DNA of 63,699 nucleotides, the filler included, from Octopus bimaculoides (lineage: Eukaryota): the NCBI RefSeq assembly GCF_001194135.2. It is 9 parts of 7 records of this genome, joined end to end, with 100 filler letters (N's around TTAATTAATTAA, not from the genome) between each part and the next. Parts side by side here need not be neighbours in the genome. Positions count along the whole stretch, not along the records: positions 45,439 to 53,110 come from NC_068995.1; positions 53,211 to 58,837 come from NC_069009.1; positions 58,938 to 60,394 come from NW_026360355.1; positions 60,495 to 61,914 come from NC_068995.1; positions 62,015 to 63,699 come from NC_068986.1; 4 more parts are not named here. One strand, written 5' to 3'. Of the stretch, positions 52,871 to 63,699 are shown piece after piece; position 1 is the stretch's first letter; each line of letters opens with the position of its first letter. A program made the position numbers and the translations under genes. Under the pieces are notes generated by a model. It saw nothing but the letters and a program-made list of their open reading frames with translations. It searched no databases and was not told the DNA's origin.

Positions 52871-53110
52871 TTGTTCAGTACTTTTATTTTTATAACGTGC
52901 TTTCACTTCACTACCGAGCGCAGCTCTGTGCGCCTTGGGTATGTGCTGTGGTTTGCTGTGATGCTCTTATGTTTACTGTATTGAAAGTGTTTTGCGTAGA
53001 ATGTGTGCAGTACCCAGTAGTGCAATTTTCTGTATGTTATATATATTTGTAAGTCCTGGTGTTTTTGTTATGTATTTGTCTGAATATTTTTTTATTATAC
53101 CTAAGGCACC
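52871..53110 (-). mobile_element. 3' end of an R4/Dong-like non-LTR retrotransposon inserted at (TAA)n
   Basis: Open frame 53110-52973 GALGIIKKYSDKYITKTPGLTNIYNIQKIALLGTAHILRKTLSIQ* resembles the C-terminus of REL-endonuclease R4/Dong elements. An approximately 100-nt 3' UTR ends on a (TAA)n tract. Confidence 0.85.
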
Positions 53111-53674
53111 NNNNNNNNNNNNNNNNNNNNNNNNNNNNNNNNNNNNNNNNNNNNTTAATTAATTAANNNNNNNNNNNNNNNNNNNNNNNNNNNNNNNNNN
53201 NNNNNNNNNNATATATAACGTTGACCACTAACGTGGACATTCAATGTGCTAGAAATAGATCACATCTTGTGTCTATTAAGACCTAAATTGTTCTCAACAT
53301 GAAATATAGCGGAATACCAAAACGTAAGTGGGCAAGACATCTAAAATCACCGAAAAAAATCATTATTAAACAAGGGCCGGTTTCAAAATTTAACAATCTT
53401 ACCAACTGTCTATTTCTCTTCAGCCTGATTTGTAATGTAACCATAATCCTCAGAACCCTATACAAAGTTGCCCACCGCCATAGGTGCGCGTGTATATGGT
53501 TCTGCTAATTACAGCTTAATGGTAAAATTCAAAAGTCTTCGTTTTGGCGCACTAATTCCAGGAATATGTCTGCAGAAAATATTTACTGCGTCGCATATAT
53601 CCAGTATGAGAACTCGGTAATGGTTAATATATCAAAAAATAGGGTAAAAAATCATATATATACATATATATCTT

Positions 53675-54043
53675 TCTCTTTTTACTTGTTCGGTCATTTG
53701 ACTGTGGCTATGCAGGAGCACCGCCTTTAGTCGAGCAAATCGACCCCAGGACTTATTCTTTGGAAGCCTAGTACTTATGCTATCGGCCTCTTTTGCCGAA
53801 CCGCTAAGTTACGGGGACGTAAACACACAACCATCAGTTGTCAAGAGATGTTGGGCGGACAAACACAGACACACAAACATATACACACACACACACACAT
53901 ACATATATACAATGGGCTTCTTTCAGCAACGTGGAATAAAGTGTCTTGCTCAAGAACACAACATGCAGCCCGGTCCGGGATTCGAACTAACAACTTCACG
54001 ATTGTAAGCTTGACGCTCTAACCACTGAGCCATGCGCCTTCAC
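53675..54043. mobile_element. Family B SINE + (CA)n + inverted family F tRNA-like head
   Basis: Family B body at 53675-53880. The reverse complement of ggcgcatggctcagtggttagagcg...gttcgaatcccgg lies at 53925-54043. Confidence 0.8.
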
Positions 54044-54219
54044 GTATATATATATATATATTGTGCTCTTTTTACAGCAATAAAAGTTTTTTTAACTTTT
54101 TATTATTCGTTTCTTTAAGTAATGCAATAAATTTGTGTTCAATAAAAATTTACTTAATAAACATTTATATACTATAAAAGTTATTAAATGCAAAAATGGC
54201 GTTACTTCTGCTGTACCGT

Positions 54220-54253
<34 letters not shown>

Positions 54254-54429
54254 TTTCAGGTGGGCATCTTTCAGTTTCTATCTACCGAATCCTTTCACAA
54301 GCCTTTGGTCAGTCTAGGGATATAATAGAAAACACTTGCCCAAGGGGTACTGCTCAGTGGGACTGAATCCAAGGCCACATAGTTGGACTCTAGCTTCTCA
54401 ATCACAGCCATACGTGTGCATGTGTACAC

Positions 54430-55800
54430 ATACATACACACACACACATACATTCATACAGATGTATACACACACACACATTCATGCTGATATGTATACA
54501 CACACACGTTTGTACGTATATGTATACACACACATTTGTATGTATATGTATACACACCTCCATACATACATACATGTATGTATACACAAACATTCATACA
54601 TATATGTATAATCAAACATTTATATGTATATGTATACACACACATTCATGCATATATGTATACACACACATTTGTACGTATATTTATACACACACACATT
54701 TGAATGTATATGTATACACACCTCCATACATACATACATGTATGTATACACAAACATTCATACATATATGTATAATCAAACATTTATGTGTATATGTATN
54801 NNNNNNNNNNNNNNNNNNNNNNNNNNNNNNNNNNNNNNNNNNNNNNNNNNNNNNNNNNNNNNNNNNNNNNNNNNNNNNNNNNNNNNNNNNNNNNNNNNNN
54901 NNNNNNNNNNNNNNNNNNNNNNNNNNNNNNNNNNNNNNNNNNNNNNNNNNNNNNNNNNNNNNNNNNNNNNNNNNNNNNNNNNNNNNNNNNNNNNNNNNNN
55001 NNNNNNNNNNNNNNNNNNNNNNNNNNNNNNNNNNNNNNNNNNNNNNNNNNNNNNNNNNNNNNNNNNNNNNNNNNNNNNNNNNNNNNNNNNNNNNNNNNNN
55101 NNNNNNNNNNNNNNNNNNNNNNNNNNNNNNNNNNNNNNNNNNNNNNNNNNNNNNNNNNNNNNNNNNNNNNNNNNNNNNNNNNNNNNNNNNNNNNNNNNNN
55201 NNNNNNNNNNNNNNNNNNNNNNNNNNNNNNNNNNNNNNNNNNNNNNNNNNNNNNNNNNNNNNNNNNNNNNNNNNNNNNNNNNNNNNNNNNNNNNNNNNNN
55301 NNNNNNNNNNNNNNNNNNNNNNNNNNNNNNNNNNNNNNNNNNNNNNNNNNNNNNNNNNNNNNNNNNNNNNNNNNNNNNNNNNNTATGTATATGTATACAC
55401 ACCTCCATACATACATACATGTATGTATACACAAACATTCATACATATATGTATAATCAAACATTTATATGTATATGTATACACACACATTCATGCATAT
55501 ATGTATACACACACATTTGTACGTATATTTATACACACACACATTTGTATGTATATGTATACACATCTTCATACATACATGTATGTATACTCAAACATTC
55601 ATACATACATGTATGTATACTCAAACATTCATGCATATATGTATAATCAAACATTTATATGTATATGTATACACACACATTTGTACATATATTTATACAC
55701 ACATTTGTATGTATATGTATACACACCTTCATACATACATGTATGCATACACAAACTTCCATACATATATGTATAATCAAACATATGTATATACACACAC
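54430..55800. repeat. Higher-order tandem repeat (about 164-bp unit) built from CA/TA microsatellite variants
   Basis: The marker cacctccatac recurs at 54555, 54719 and 55400, with a gap in the middle. Confidence 0.85.
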
Positions 55801-55983
55801 ATAATATGTGACTTTGGTGTGTGGTTTGAGGTAGATTTGGCTGTTGTTTCTATGGAATTGACTACAGAAAGGTCCCCTTCCACTAATTGGCTTGTCGTTG
55901 TCATTATTGGTATCATCGTTGCTTTTGTGTTACAATCTTTGGTTGGTCAACAGTAAAAAGATTTAATTTTCAGTAGTTTTATT

Positions 55984-56471
55984 CAGTTCTAGATTTAAGA
56001 GATGAGGAATTATTTACATTATTTACATTTGACGGATATTTGTCCTCATCTTGTTTGTTGCTAACACAATGTTTCGGCTGATATACCCTCCAGCCTTCGT
56101 CAGGTGTCTTGGGGAAATTTCGAACCTGGGTTCTCATTCCTTACGATGTTACTATTATTATTATATTATTATTATTATTATTATTACTATTATTAATCAG
56201 GTCGCTGCCGTGAATCAAACTCGGAATCTTGGGGTTAGTAGACCGCGCTCTTAACCACTATGCCATATGCCCACAGCAGCGACCTGATTAATAATAGTAA
56301 TAATAATAATAATAATAATATAATAATAGTAACATCGTTAGGAATGAGAACCCAGGTTTGAAATTTCCCCAAGACACCTGACGAAGGCTGGAGAGTATAT
56401 CAGCCGAAACGTTGTGTTAACAACAAACAAGATGAGGACAAATATCCGTCAAATGTAAATAATGTAAATAA
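55984..56471 (-). mobile_element. Family E element: complete tRNA-headed copy on the minus strand plus an inverted 3'-truncated copy
   Basis: 12-bp TSD agtagttttatt (55972-55983, 56472-56483). Head at 56273-56197 with box A tggcatagtgg and box B gtttgattc. Hammerheads at 56373-56418 (plus) and 56063-56108 (minus). Confidence 0.92.
56373..56418 (+). ncRNA. Minimal type I hammerhead ribozyme, intact core
   Basis: GACAC CUGACGA A GGCUG-gagaguauau-CAGCC GAA AC GU U GUGUU. Stem I is 5 bp, the core is CUGANGA plus an extra A, stem II is 5 bp, stem III is the palindrome ACGU, and the cleavage triplet is GUU. Confidence 0.82.
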
Positions 56472-56609
56472 AGTAGTTTTATTGTTTAGTATTTATGTTC
56501 TGTGTGAAAAAAATTTCTGTCTTTTGCTGATCGATCGCTCTGCTGTACCTTTGGTGGTAAATGAAAGCATTTTCCTGAGCAAAATACAATCACTTTTTAG
56601 TAGTGTGTC

Positions 56610-57160
56610 TATCTGTAAGCGTGACAGTGAATCTGTAGATGTGACAATGTATTTTTAGATGTTTGACAATGTATTTGTAATTGTGCAACAGTGTTCCAGT
56701 ATTTGACGTTTGTGGTATTTGAAAATGTGACAGTGTCTGTATTTGACATTCTTGGTAGGTATGTGACAATATTTGTAGATGTGTGGAATAGTTTGGTAAA
56801 TGTGTGACAGTGTCTCTATGTGACATTGTTGGTAGATATGTAACAGTATTTGTAGATGTGTGATAGTATCTGTATGTTACATTGTTGGTAGATATGTGAC
56901 ATAATTGGTAGACAGGTGACAGTGTCTGTGTAGATGTGTGACAGTTTATTTGTATATGTGCAACAGTTTGTGATGTTGTTGGTAACTGTGTAACTGTATT
57001 TGTGGATGTGATAGTGTGTCTGTATGTGACATTGCTGCTAGATACGTGACAGTGTATTTGTAAATGCGTGACAGTCTGACATTGGTCGTAGGTATGTAAC
57101 TGTATTTGTAGATGTGTGTCTGTAAATGTGACGTTGTTACAGTGTATTTGTAGATAATAT
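56610..57160. repeat. Degenerate minisatellite (gtgacagt.t.tgtagat.t / gtgacattgttggtagat)
   Basis: Recurring 20-35 bp motifs. The repeat resumes at about 57470-57660 after a family D insertion. Confidence 0.8.
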
Positions 57161-57164
57161 GTGA

Positions 57165-57472
57165 AAAAACATTTGAGCGTGGCCATTGCCAGTGCTGCTG
57201 GACTGGCTCCTGTGCTGGTGGCATGTAAAAAACAACATTTGAGCGTGGCCATTGCCAGTACCACCTGACTGGCCTTCGTGCCGGTGGTACGTAAAAGCAG
57301 CCACTACACTCTCGGACTGATTGCCGTTAGGAAGGGCATTCAGCTGAAGAAACTCTGCCAGATCAAATTGGAACCTGGTACAGCCATCTGGTTTCACCAG
57401 TCCTCAGTCAAATCGTCCAACCCACGCTAGCATGGAAAACGGACGTTAAACAATGATGATGATGATGATGAT
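57165..57472 (+). mobile_element. Retroposon 3' end, family D, with (GAT)n tail
   Basis: ttgagcgtggccattgccagt...ggaagggcattcagctg...gctagcatggaaaacggacgttaaacaatgatgatgat. A second partial copy lies at 58722-58837. Confidence 0.75.
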
Positions 57473-57793
57473 GTGTCTGTGACATTGTTGCTAGATAAGG
57501 CAGTGATTTATAGTTGTGATGGTGTGTTTGTGTACAGATATCTGATTGTGTATCTGTAAATATGTGATAGTGTATCTGAATTTGTCAGTGTGTCTAGCTG
57601 TGCAGATGTTACAGTGTCTGTGTGTGTGTGTGACAGTATGTCTGTACATGTGATGACGTACCTGCATCTTGATGTATGTATATGGGTGTATATTTCTGTT
57701 TTTGTGTACATCAGTGTGTGTGTGTGAGTGTGTAAATATATGTATATATACTAAAAGTGACCGTGCTAATGTTCTCTTTCAATATATTCACAG

Positions 57794-58438
57794 GTCAAGG
57801 AGTCGTTCCAACAGTCGTTCATACTCCAGGTCGCCGAGGTCGTTGTCAAGGTCACCATATCGGTCGAGGTCGTCATCACGGTCACGTTCCCGCAGCCGAT
57901 ACAGATCCTCGTCGCCATCAAGGGGCGGGTCGTCATCGTCGCGGTCGCGGTCCAGCTCCCGCGGCCCTCCGCCAGCTTCGTCGCGGGGCCGACGCTACAG
58001 GTCGCGCACCAGGTCGCGGTCCCGTTCGCGCTCCTACACGCCAGCACGCAAGTACTCGAGGTCACGGTCGAGGTCGCGCTCGATGTCCCGCAGCCGGTCA
58101 CGGTCGCGCTCTCCACTGTCTACCTTCTACCACCACCACCATCACCATCGCCACTCCCGCTCTCCTGGACGCAGCAGAAGAAGCCGAACGCCCCCTTACC
58201 GTAGCAGGGGCCGTACCCGATCCCCTCTGGCCCCTATTTCTACCAGGGACCCATTTTATCGCAAAGATTGGTCTCCATCTTACAGCCGTAGTCTACGATC
58301 CACAGCTGCCCCAGCAGGGGCCAGTACTGCCAATAGCAGCAGTCATGGGCCTGGTAAACGCTTCTCCCCACCTGAAAGACCATTCCCACCCCGCTTTCCC
58401 CACTACACACCCCCTCAACGGCCAGAAGACTACTACAG
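57794..58438 (+). CDS. Internal exon encoding an Arg/Ser-rich (RS) domain with a His6 tract and a Pro-rich end; nuclear RS-domain protein, gene unassigned
   Basis: 645 nt, GC-rich and stop-free, with varied synonymous codons, so it is not a microsatellite. Acceptor ttctctttcaatatattcacag|G and donor AG|gtgagg, phase 2-2. Translation SRSRSNSRSYSRSPRSLSRSPY...FYHHHHHHRHSRSP...PPQRPEDYYR. Confidence 0.85.
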
Positions 58439-58937
58439 GTGAGGATTGTATTAGTTTATAAATATGTTATTTATATATATATCCCTTTTACTCTTTTACT
58501 TGTTTCAGTCATTTGACTGCGGCCATGCTGGGGCACCGCCTTTAGTCAAGCAAATCGACCCCAGGACTTATTCTTTTGTAAGCCTAGTACTTATTCTATC
58601 GGTCTCTTTTGCCGAACCGCTAAGTTACGGTGACATAAACACACCAGCATTGGTTGTCAAGCGATGTTGGGGGGGACAAACACAGACACACAAACATATA
58701 CACGCACATTGATATATATAGCGAGATCGTTGCCAGTGCCCCTGGACTGGCTCTTGTGCGGGTGGCACATAAAAGACACCATTTTGAGCATGGCCGTTGC
58801 CAGTACCGCCTGACTGGCCTTCGTGCGGGTGACACGTNNNNNNNNNNNNNNNNNNNNNNNNNNNNNNNNNNNNNNNNNNNNTTAATTAATTAANNNNNNN
58901 NNNNNNNNNNNNNNNNNNNNNNNNNNNNNNNNNNNNN

Positions 58938-58981
<44 letters not shown>

Positions 58982-60494
58982 GAGAGGGAGATAGATAGAT
59001 ACATGTATACCTATGTATATTCGTATAGACAAATGCGTGTACGTATATGTACCATTTTTGATGTTGGAAATGAGTTGTTTTTCATTATATCCCATATATG
59101 TTAATCTAAGTATCTAAGACTGACACCTAAGTTAAATAAAGAAGCTATAATTTCTTTTCGTACATATTACCGTATATTTGAGGTTAATTAGAGCACTGAT
59201 ACTTATTCTAATGTACACGCTATTTTTGGAACAGTTTTATAAATATCATCTTAGCATTATATCATTATGCAGGTCGAAACTGTCAGTCTTTTGCTACATA
59301 CGTTATTTTAATTCAATGCCAAGTAAACATATATTCAAATTTTATTTTAATTTAAGATTAAATTATGATAACCACTTTCTTCTTTACCATGCAATTCGTT
59401 ATTTTTTCATTTTATAAAAACAGTTATTTCTATATATTTTCAGCAAAAGAGAGACTGGTAATTTCACAAAATGGAGTTCATATGTTTCTGTATGAAATCA
59501 CTTAATCAAAGATTCGGAAACTCACTCTTTAATTTAAAAAAATGAATGATTTGAGACTAGACAAGGAAACTACGATGTAATAGCCATCACTTTTAACAAT
59601 TTTGGACAGATTGGGAAAATTGTGGTAATTTTAAACACGAATGTGCCAGTATGTTGCAATATAGCAATGGAATCGATGAAAACAATGCAGCAATTATATA
59701 TTGCACTTTCTCTTCGTTGACTTTTTACATATAAATTGTGGATTCGAAGTTACATTATAGCTTTAATTCTCACTACTTCAATGAAAGACTGAAAAATAGA
59801 CTTTTCTTACATCTAATTCCGCTCATTTCAACCGACAGCATATCTATATATTTATCAGTATGTACGTATGTATGTATATATGTATGTATGTATGTACGTA
59901 TGTATATATGTATGTATGTATGTATGTATGTGTGTGTGTGTATGTATGTATGTATGTATGTATGTATCCAACTATCAACGAATCTACTATATATCAATGC
60001 ATCAATCTATCTATCTTACTGTCTATCTCGACACACACACACATACACACGCACATATATATGTATAGGTAATTGAAAGAAGAAAACGGTGACAAAAGAC
60101 AAGAAAAACCAATGTGTGTATGTAAGGTACGCAAACCATTCATAAGTGACACAAAGAAGGAAATAGTGTCTGTTTTACGTTTGGAGCATAGCTCTTCTTC
60201 GGTAACAAGAGGCATAGGTAAGTTCAAAAGTTTATGAAGGATGAAAAAAGGGTCAACAATGTCACGAGTAGGCAAAGATACTTCTATACACATATATATT
60301 GTAAGTATATATTTTATAAATTTGCCTCCACGGCTGATAAATCGCATTTCACGCGTACACGGTATTTTAATAATACCATCCCGTCTTATATATANNNNNN
60401 NNNNNNNNNNNNNNNNNNNNNNNNNNNNNNNNNNNNNNTTAATTAATTAANNNNNNNNNNNNNNNNNNNNNNNNNNNNNNNNNNNNNNNNNNNN

Positions 60495-60542
<48 letters not shown>

Positions 60543-62014
60543 ATGTATATATGTGTGATTTTTTATTGTCCACAAGGGGCCAACATATGTGTGTAGTTAT
60601 ATATGTGTGTGTGTGTGTATATATATATATCAGAAGTAAGGACCTAAATCCTTCAAAGGGATGTTAAACATCCAAGTCTGCTGCCAGTTCAATCTAAGCA
60701 ATGAATATATAAAAAACTATATATTCAATATTGGTATAATCATAAACTTAAGTATTCTAAAAGGAAAAAATATATAAGCATAGACGATGCTTTAATACAA
60801 AACTGGTACAAATCCAATAAAGATTCTTCAAGTTGTTTCCAAGCCTAATCAATTCAAACAAAACAAAAAATAATCCTTTTGAAATCACACATTTATCTTT
60901 TCTTCAGGAATTCATTATTGGAATGAATGGGTTTAACCAACAAAAATATAAAGGCCTTTACAATAACCCAGAAAGGAGCAGACAATTGAATTATGATAGA
61001 AGGAAATTACCCGAACGCCAGACCAATCAAAAAATATATAAATCCACTTCAGCGGTTATTCAAATTACAATTCACTATATATAAATACTTGTTAATGACA
61101 TTTGCAATTACTGTCTAAACTAAACATAAAGAAAACAGACAATCAATCTACAGATAAGTTAATGAAATAAATAATCTATTAACTTTTAAGAATTATAGAG
61201 TTTGTTAATTAAAATATTAAAAACCAACATATATTGTCCACTAAAAGGTAATTAATACAATAATTAATACAAAGTTAATAATATGATGGTTTTAAATGAA
61301 AAGAAAAGAAATAGGTTTCTAGTTTGTTTTTAATTTTAAATTTTAAATTTTTAGAAGTTTAATAATTTAAGTTTATCTGATATTGTGAGACAGAAGGAAT
61401 TTATCATGCAATTACTTCTCACTTGTTTTGATTTATTTCTTTATATGGGAGGGAAACTACTCTGCTTTACTTCAAGGAAGTCATTTGTAAATAAAAGAAT
61501 TTCTTTTCACATAAGTTATTCTGGAAGGAGCTTCATGAGACCACTGCAGAGACACTTCTGACAGATTTCAGTGACCGTTGGAAAAACAAATATAACAGTG
61601 ACTCCATTAATTCCTAGAAATATCTGAAGAAGGAATTTTTATATTCCGAAATATCATATTAGACTATAATTAATTAAATTATTTATAACAGCTATTATAG
61701 TCCACACTGCATTGTGCCATTCCAGACACATTACATTTCGCAAACAATACACAATGCTCCCAGCTAACTATGGTCAATATAAAGACCTTAACTTGGGAAC
61801 AAAAAAGAAAAAAAAACAGCGTTAACAAATGTGTGGAAAATGAATATGAAACAAAAATGTGTGCTGGAGACCCGGGTGGGGGTGGGGTTTTTGGAAAATT
61901 CACAAGATCCGATTNNNNNNNNNNNNNNNNNNNNNNNNNNNNNNNNNNNNNNNNNNNNTTAATTAATTAANNNNNNNNNNNNNNNNNNNNNNNNNNNNNN
62001 NNNNNNNNNNNNNN

Positions 62015-62515
62015 TCAGCTGTAAAGGAGCTCATTTGTAAAGGAGCTCAGTTATAAAGGAGCTCAGCTGTAAAGGAGCTCAGTTGTAAAGGATCTCAGCT
62101 CTAAAGGAGCTCAGCTGTAAAGGAGCTCAGATGTAAAGGAGCTCAGCTCTAAAGGAAATCAGCTGTAAAGGAGCTCATTTGTAAAGGAGCTCAGCTGTAA
62201 AGGAGCTCATTTGTAAAGGAGCTCAGTTATAAAGGAGCTCAGCTGTAAAGAAGCTCAGTTGTAAAGAAGCTCAGTTGTAAAGGAGCTCAGCTATAAAGGA
62301 GCTCAGCTGTAACAGATCTCAGTTGTAAAGGAGCTGAGCATTAAATGAGCTCAGCAGTAAAGGAGCTCAGCAGTAAAATAACTTAGCATTAAAAGGAGCT
62401 CAGCTGTAAAGGAGCTCAGTTGTAAAGGAGCTCAGCTGTAAAGGAGCTCAGCTGTAAAGGAGCTCAGCTGTAAAGGAGCTCAGCAGTAAAGGAGCTCAAA
62501 CGTTAAAGAGTTCCA
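62015..62515. repeat. 16-bp minisatellite (AAAGGAGCTCAGCTGT)n, about 30 units
   Basis: Directly visible. Unit variants include ctcatttgt, ctcagttat and ctcagcagt. Confidence 0.95.
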
Positions 62516-63699
62516 GCAATAGCTGTGAAGTTAATCATTCGATGGAGCAGTGTCCTGTCCAGTGGGGGAGCTGTGTGATTTATGTTATATGAAAATCAGG
62601 TTAAGCTCCAGCGTTGTGGCTTATAGGGCTCAACACCGATCTAAACATAAATAAGGTTGTTTTTTTTTTGTAAAATGAAAGACAAATTAACCGTCCCAAA
62701 TTTTACATTTGAATAAGATTCGAACTATGATTTGGTAGTGAGACACCCTGAAAAGTCGGGAAGTGAATCAAAAGACTTTGCATAAGTATGTTACAGGTAT
62801 AGAGAATAATCCAGTAAATATGCGCATGGCCTAGTGGTTTAGGTGTTACAATCAACCAGGTCGTGCGTTGTGTTCTTGAGCAGAAAAATCATCTCCCGTT
62901 GATCTGCAATTATTTCAGTACCTGACACTTGGTACACCGTGCACCTGTCCAAGTAACGTCGATTTGATGGTGACAGTGAGCTAATGTCCTGTACATAGAT
63001 ATGATCACTATAAACGAATCATTTGTGTTGGTCGTTGGGCAAAAGCTGAACACAAATACGTCGTCTTCGACAGGAGATTCCAACATGTATTTTGAAATGC
63101 ATACTCGTGTGTCTACATGTGTGTATGTCTGCATATATGTGTAGGAATTCGAGTACGTCAGTGCAGTCTCTGAAGAGACGATAAAAGTTGCAACATCTGG
63201 CCATGTAAGAAAATAAACATCAAGTATCCTAATTCTGTAGCACTGAATTATTTCTTATAGAGGATCACTATGGTCGTCTGATGAAAATCCTTCCAATCCA
63301 CCTACTTACCTACCTACCTACCTACCTACCTACCTACCTGCCTACATGCATACATAAATACATACTTAGATACTTAGATACCAACCCACACACATACCTA
63401 CTTATTTACCTATCTACCTACCCGTCCTTTCATCTATTTATCTACGTACCAACCTTTCCCCCTCTATGAATATATATCCATCTATCTCTCAATCACATTC
63501 AAACTCACAAATATTTGTGCCTTTTTATAAGTATATATATAGCTTTATCTATATATAATTATATAATCAAACACACACACATATCTATACACACACATAT
63601 CTATACACACACATATACACGCACGCACACACACACACACACACGCACACGCACACACACACACACACGCACATATATATATATATATATATATATATA

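Noticed and set aside
59444-59457. 14-nt microexon candidate (ttttcag|CAAAAGAGAGACTG|gtaatt) downstream of the RS exon
   Set aside because: It lies beyond a join spacer, is too short to evaluate, and has no supporting evidence.

Overview
This is AT-rich, repeat-dense animal genomic DNA. The SINE, LINE and microsatellite landscape suggests a coleoid cephalopod such as Octopus (inference). It is a draft assembly with many N gaps and eight artificial 100-bp join spacers (N44-TTAATTAATTAA-N44). Two host-gene pieces are supported. The first is the last two coding exons of a cytosolic-type thioredoxin reductase selenoprotein on the minus strand (14834-14968 and 13588-13656). It ends in Gly-Cys-Sec(UGA)-Gly-stop and has a canonical form-2 SECIS at about 13360-13440, plus an unexplained 104-nt hairpin starting 8 nt after the Sec codon. 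The second is one 645-nt Arg/Ser-rich exon on the plus strand (57794-58438). The rest is Tc1, hAT-Buster and DD41D DNA transposon relics, LINE fragments (RTE, CR1/L2, Tx1/L1, R4/Dong), several tRNA-derived SINE families, and mini- and microsatellites. The most notable hidden signal is a set of minimal type I hammerhead ribozymes with palindromic stem III. One family belongs to a tRNA-headed, non-coding element with a Penelope-like tail that is inserted three times as a fold-back palindrome, each flanked by a 12-14 bp target-site duplication. A second, unrelated, near-intact hammerhead lies at 36098-36170 in the same inverted arrangement. Almost all ORFs in the supplied track are artefacts of gaps or microsatellites.
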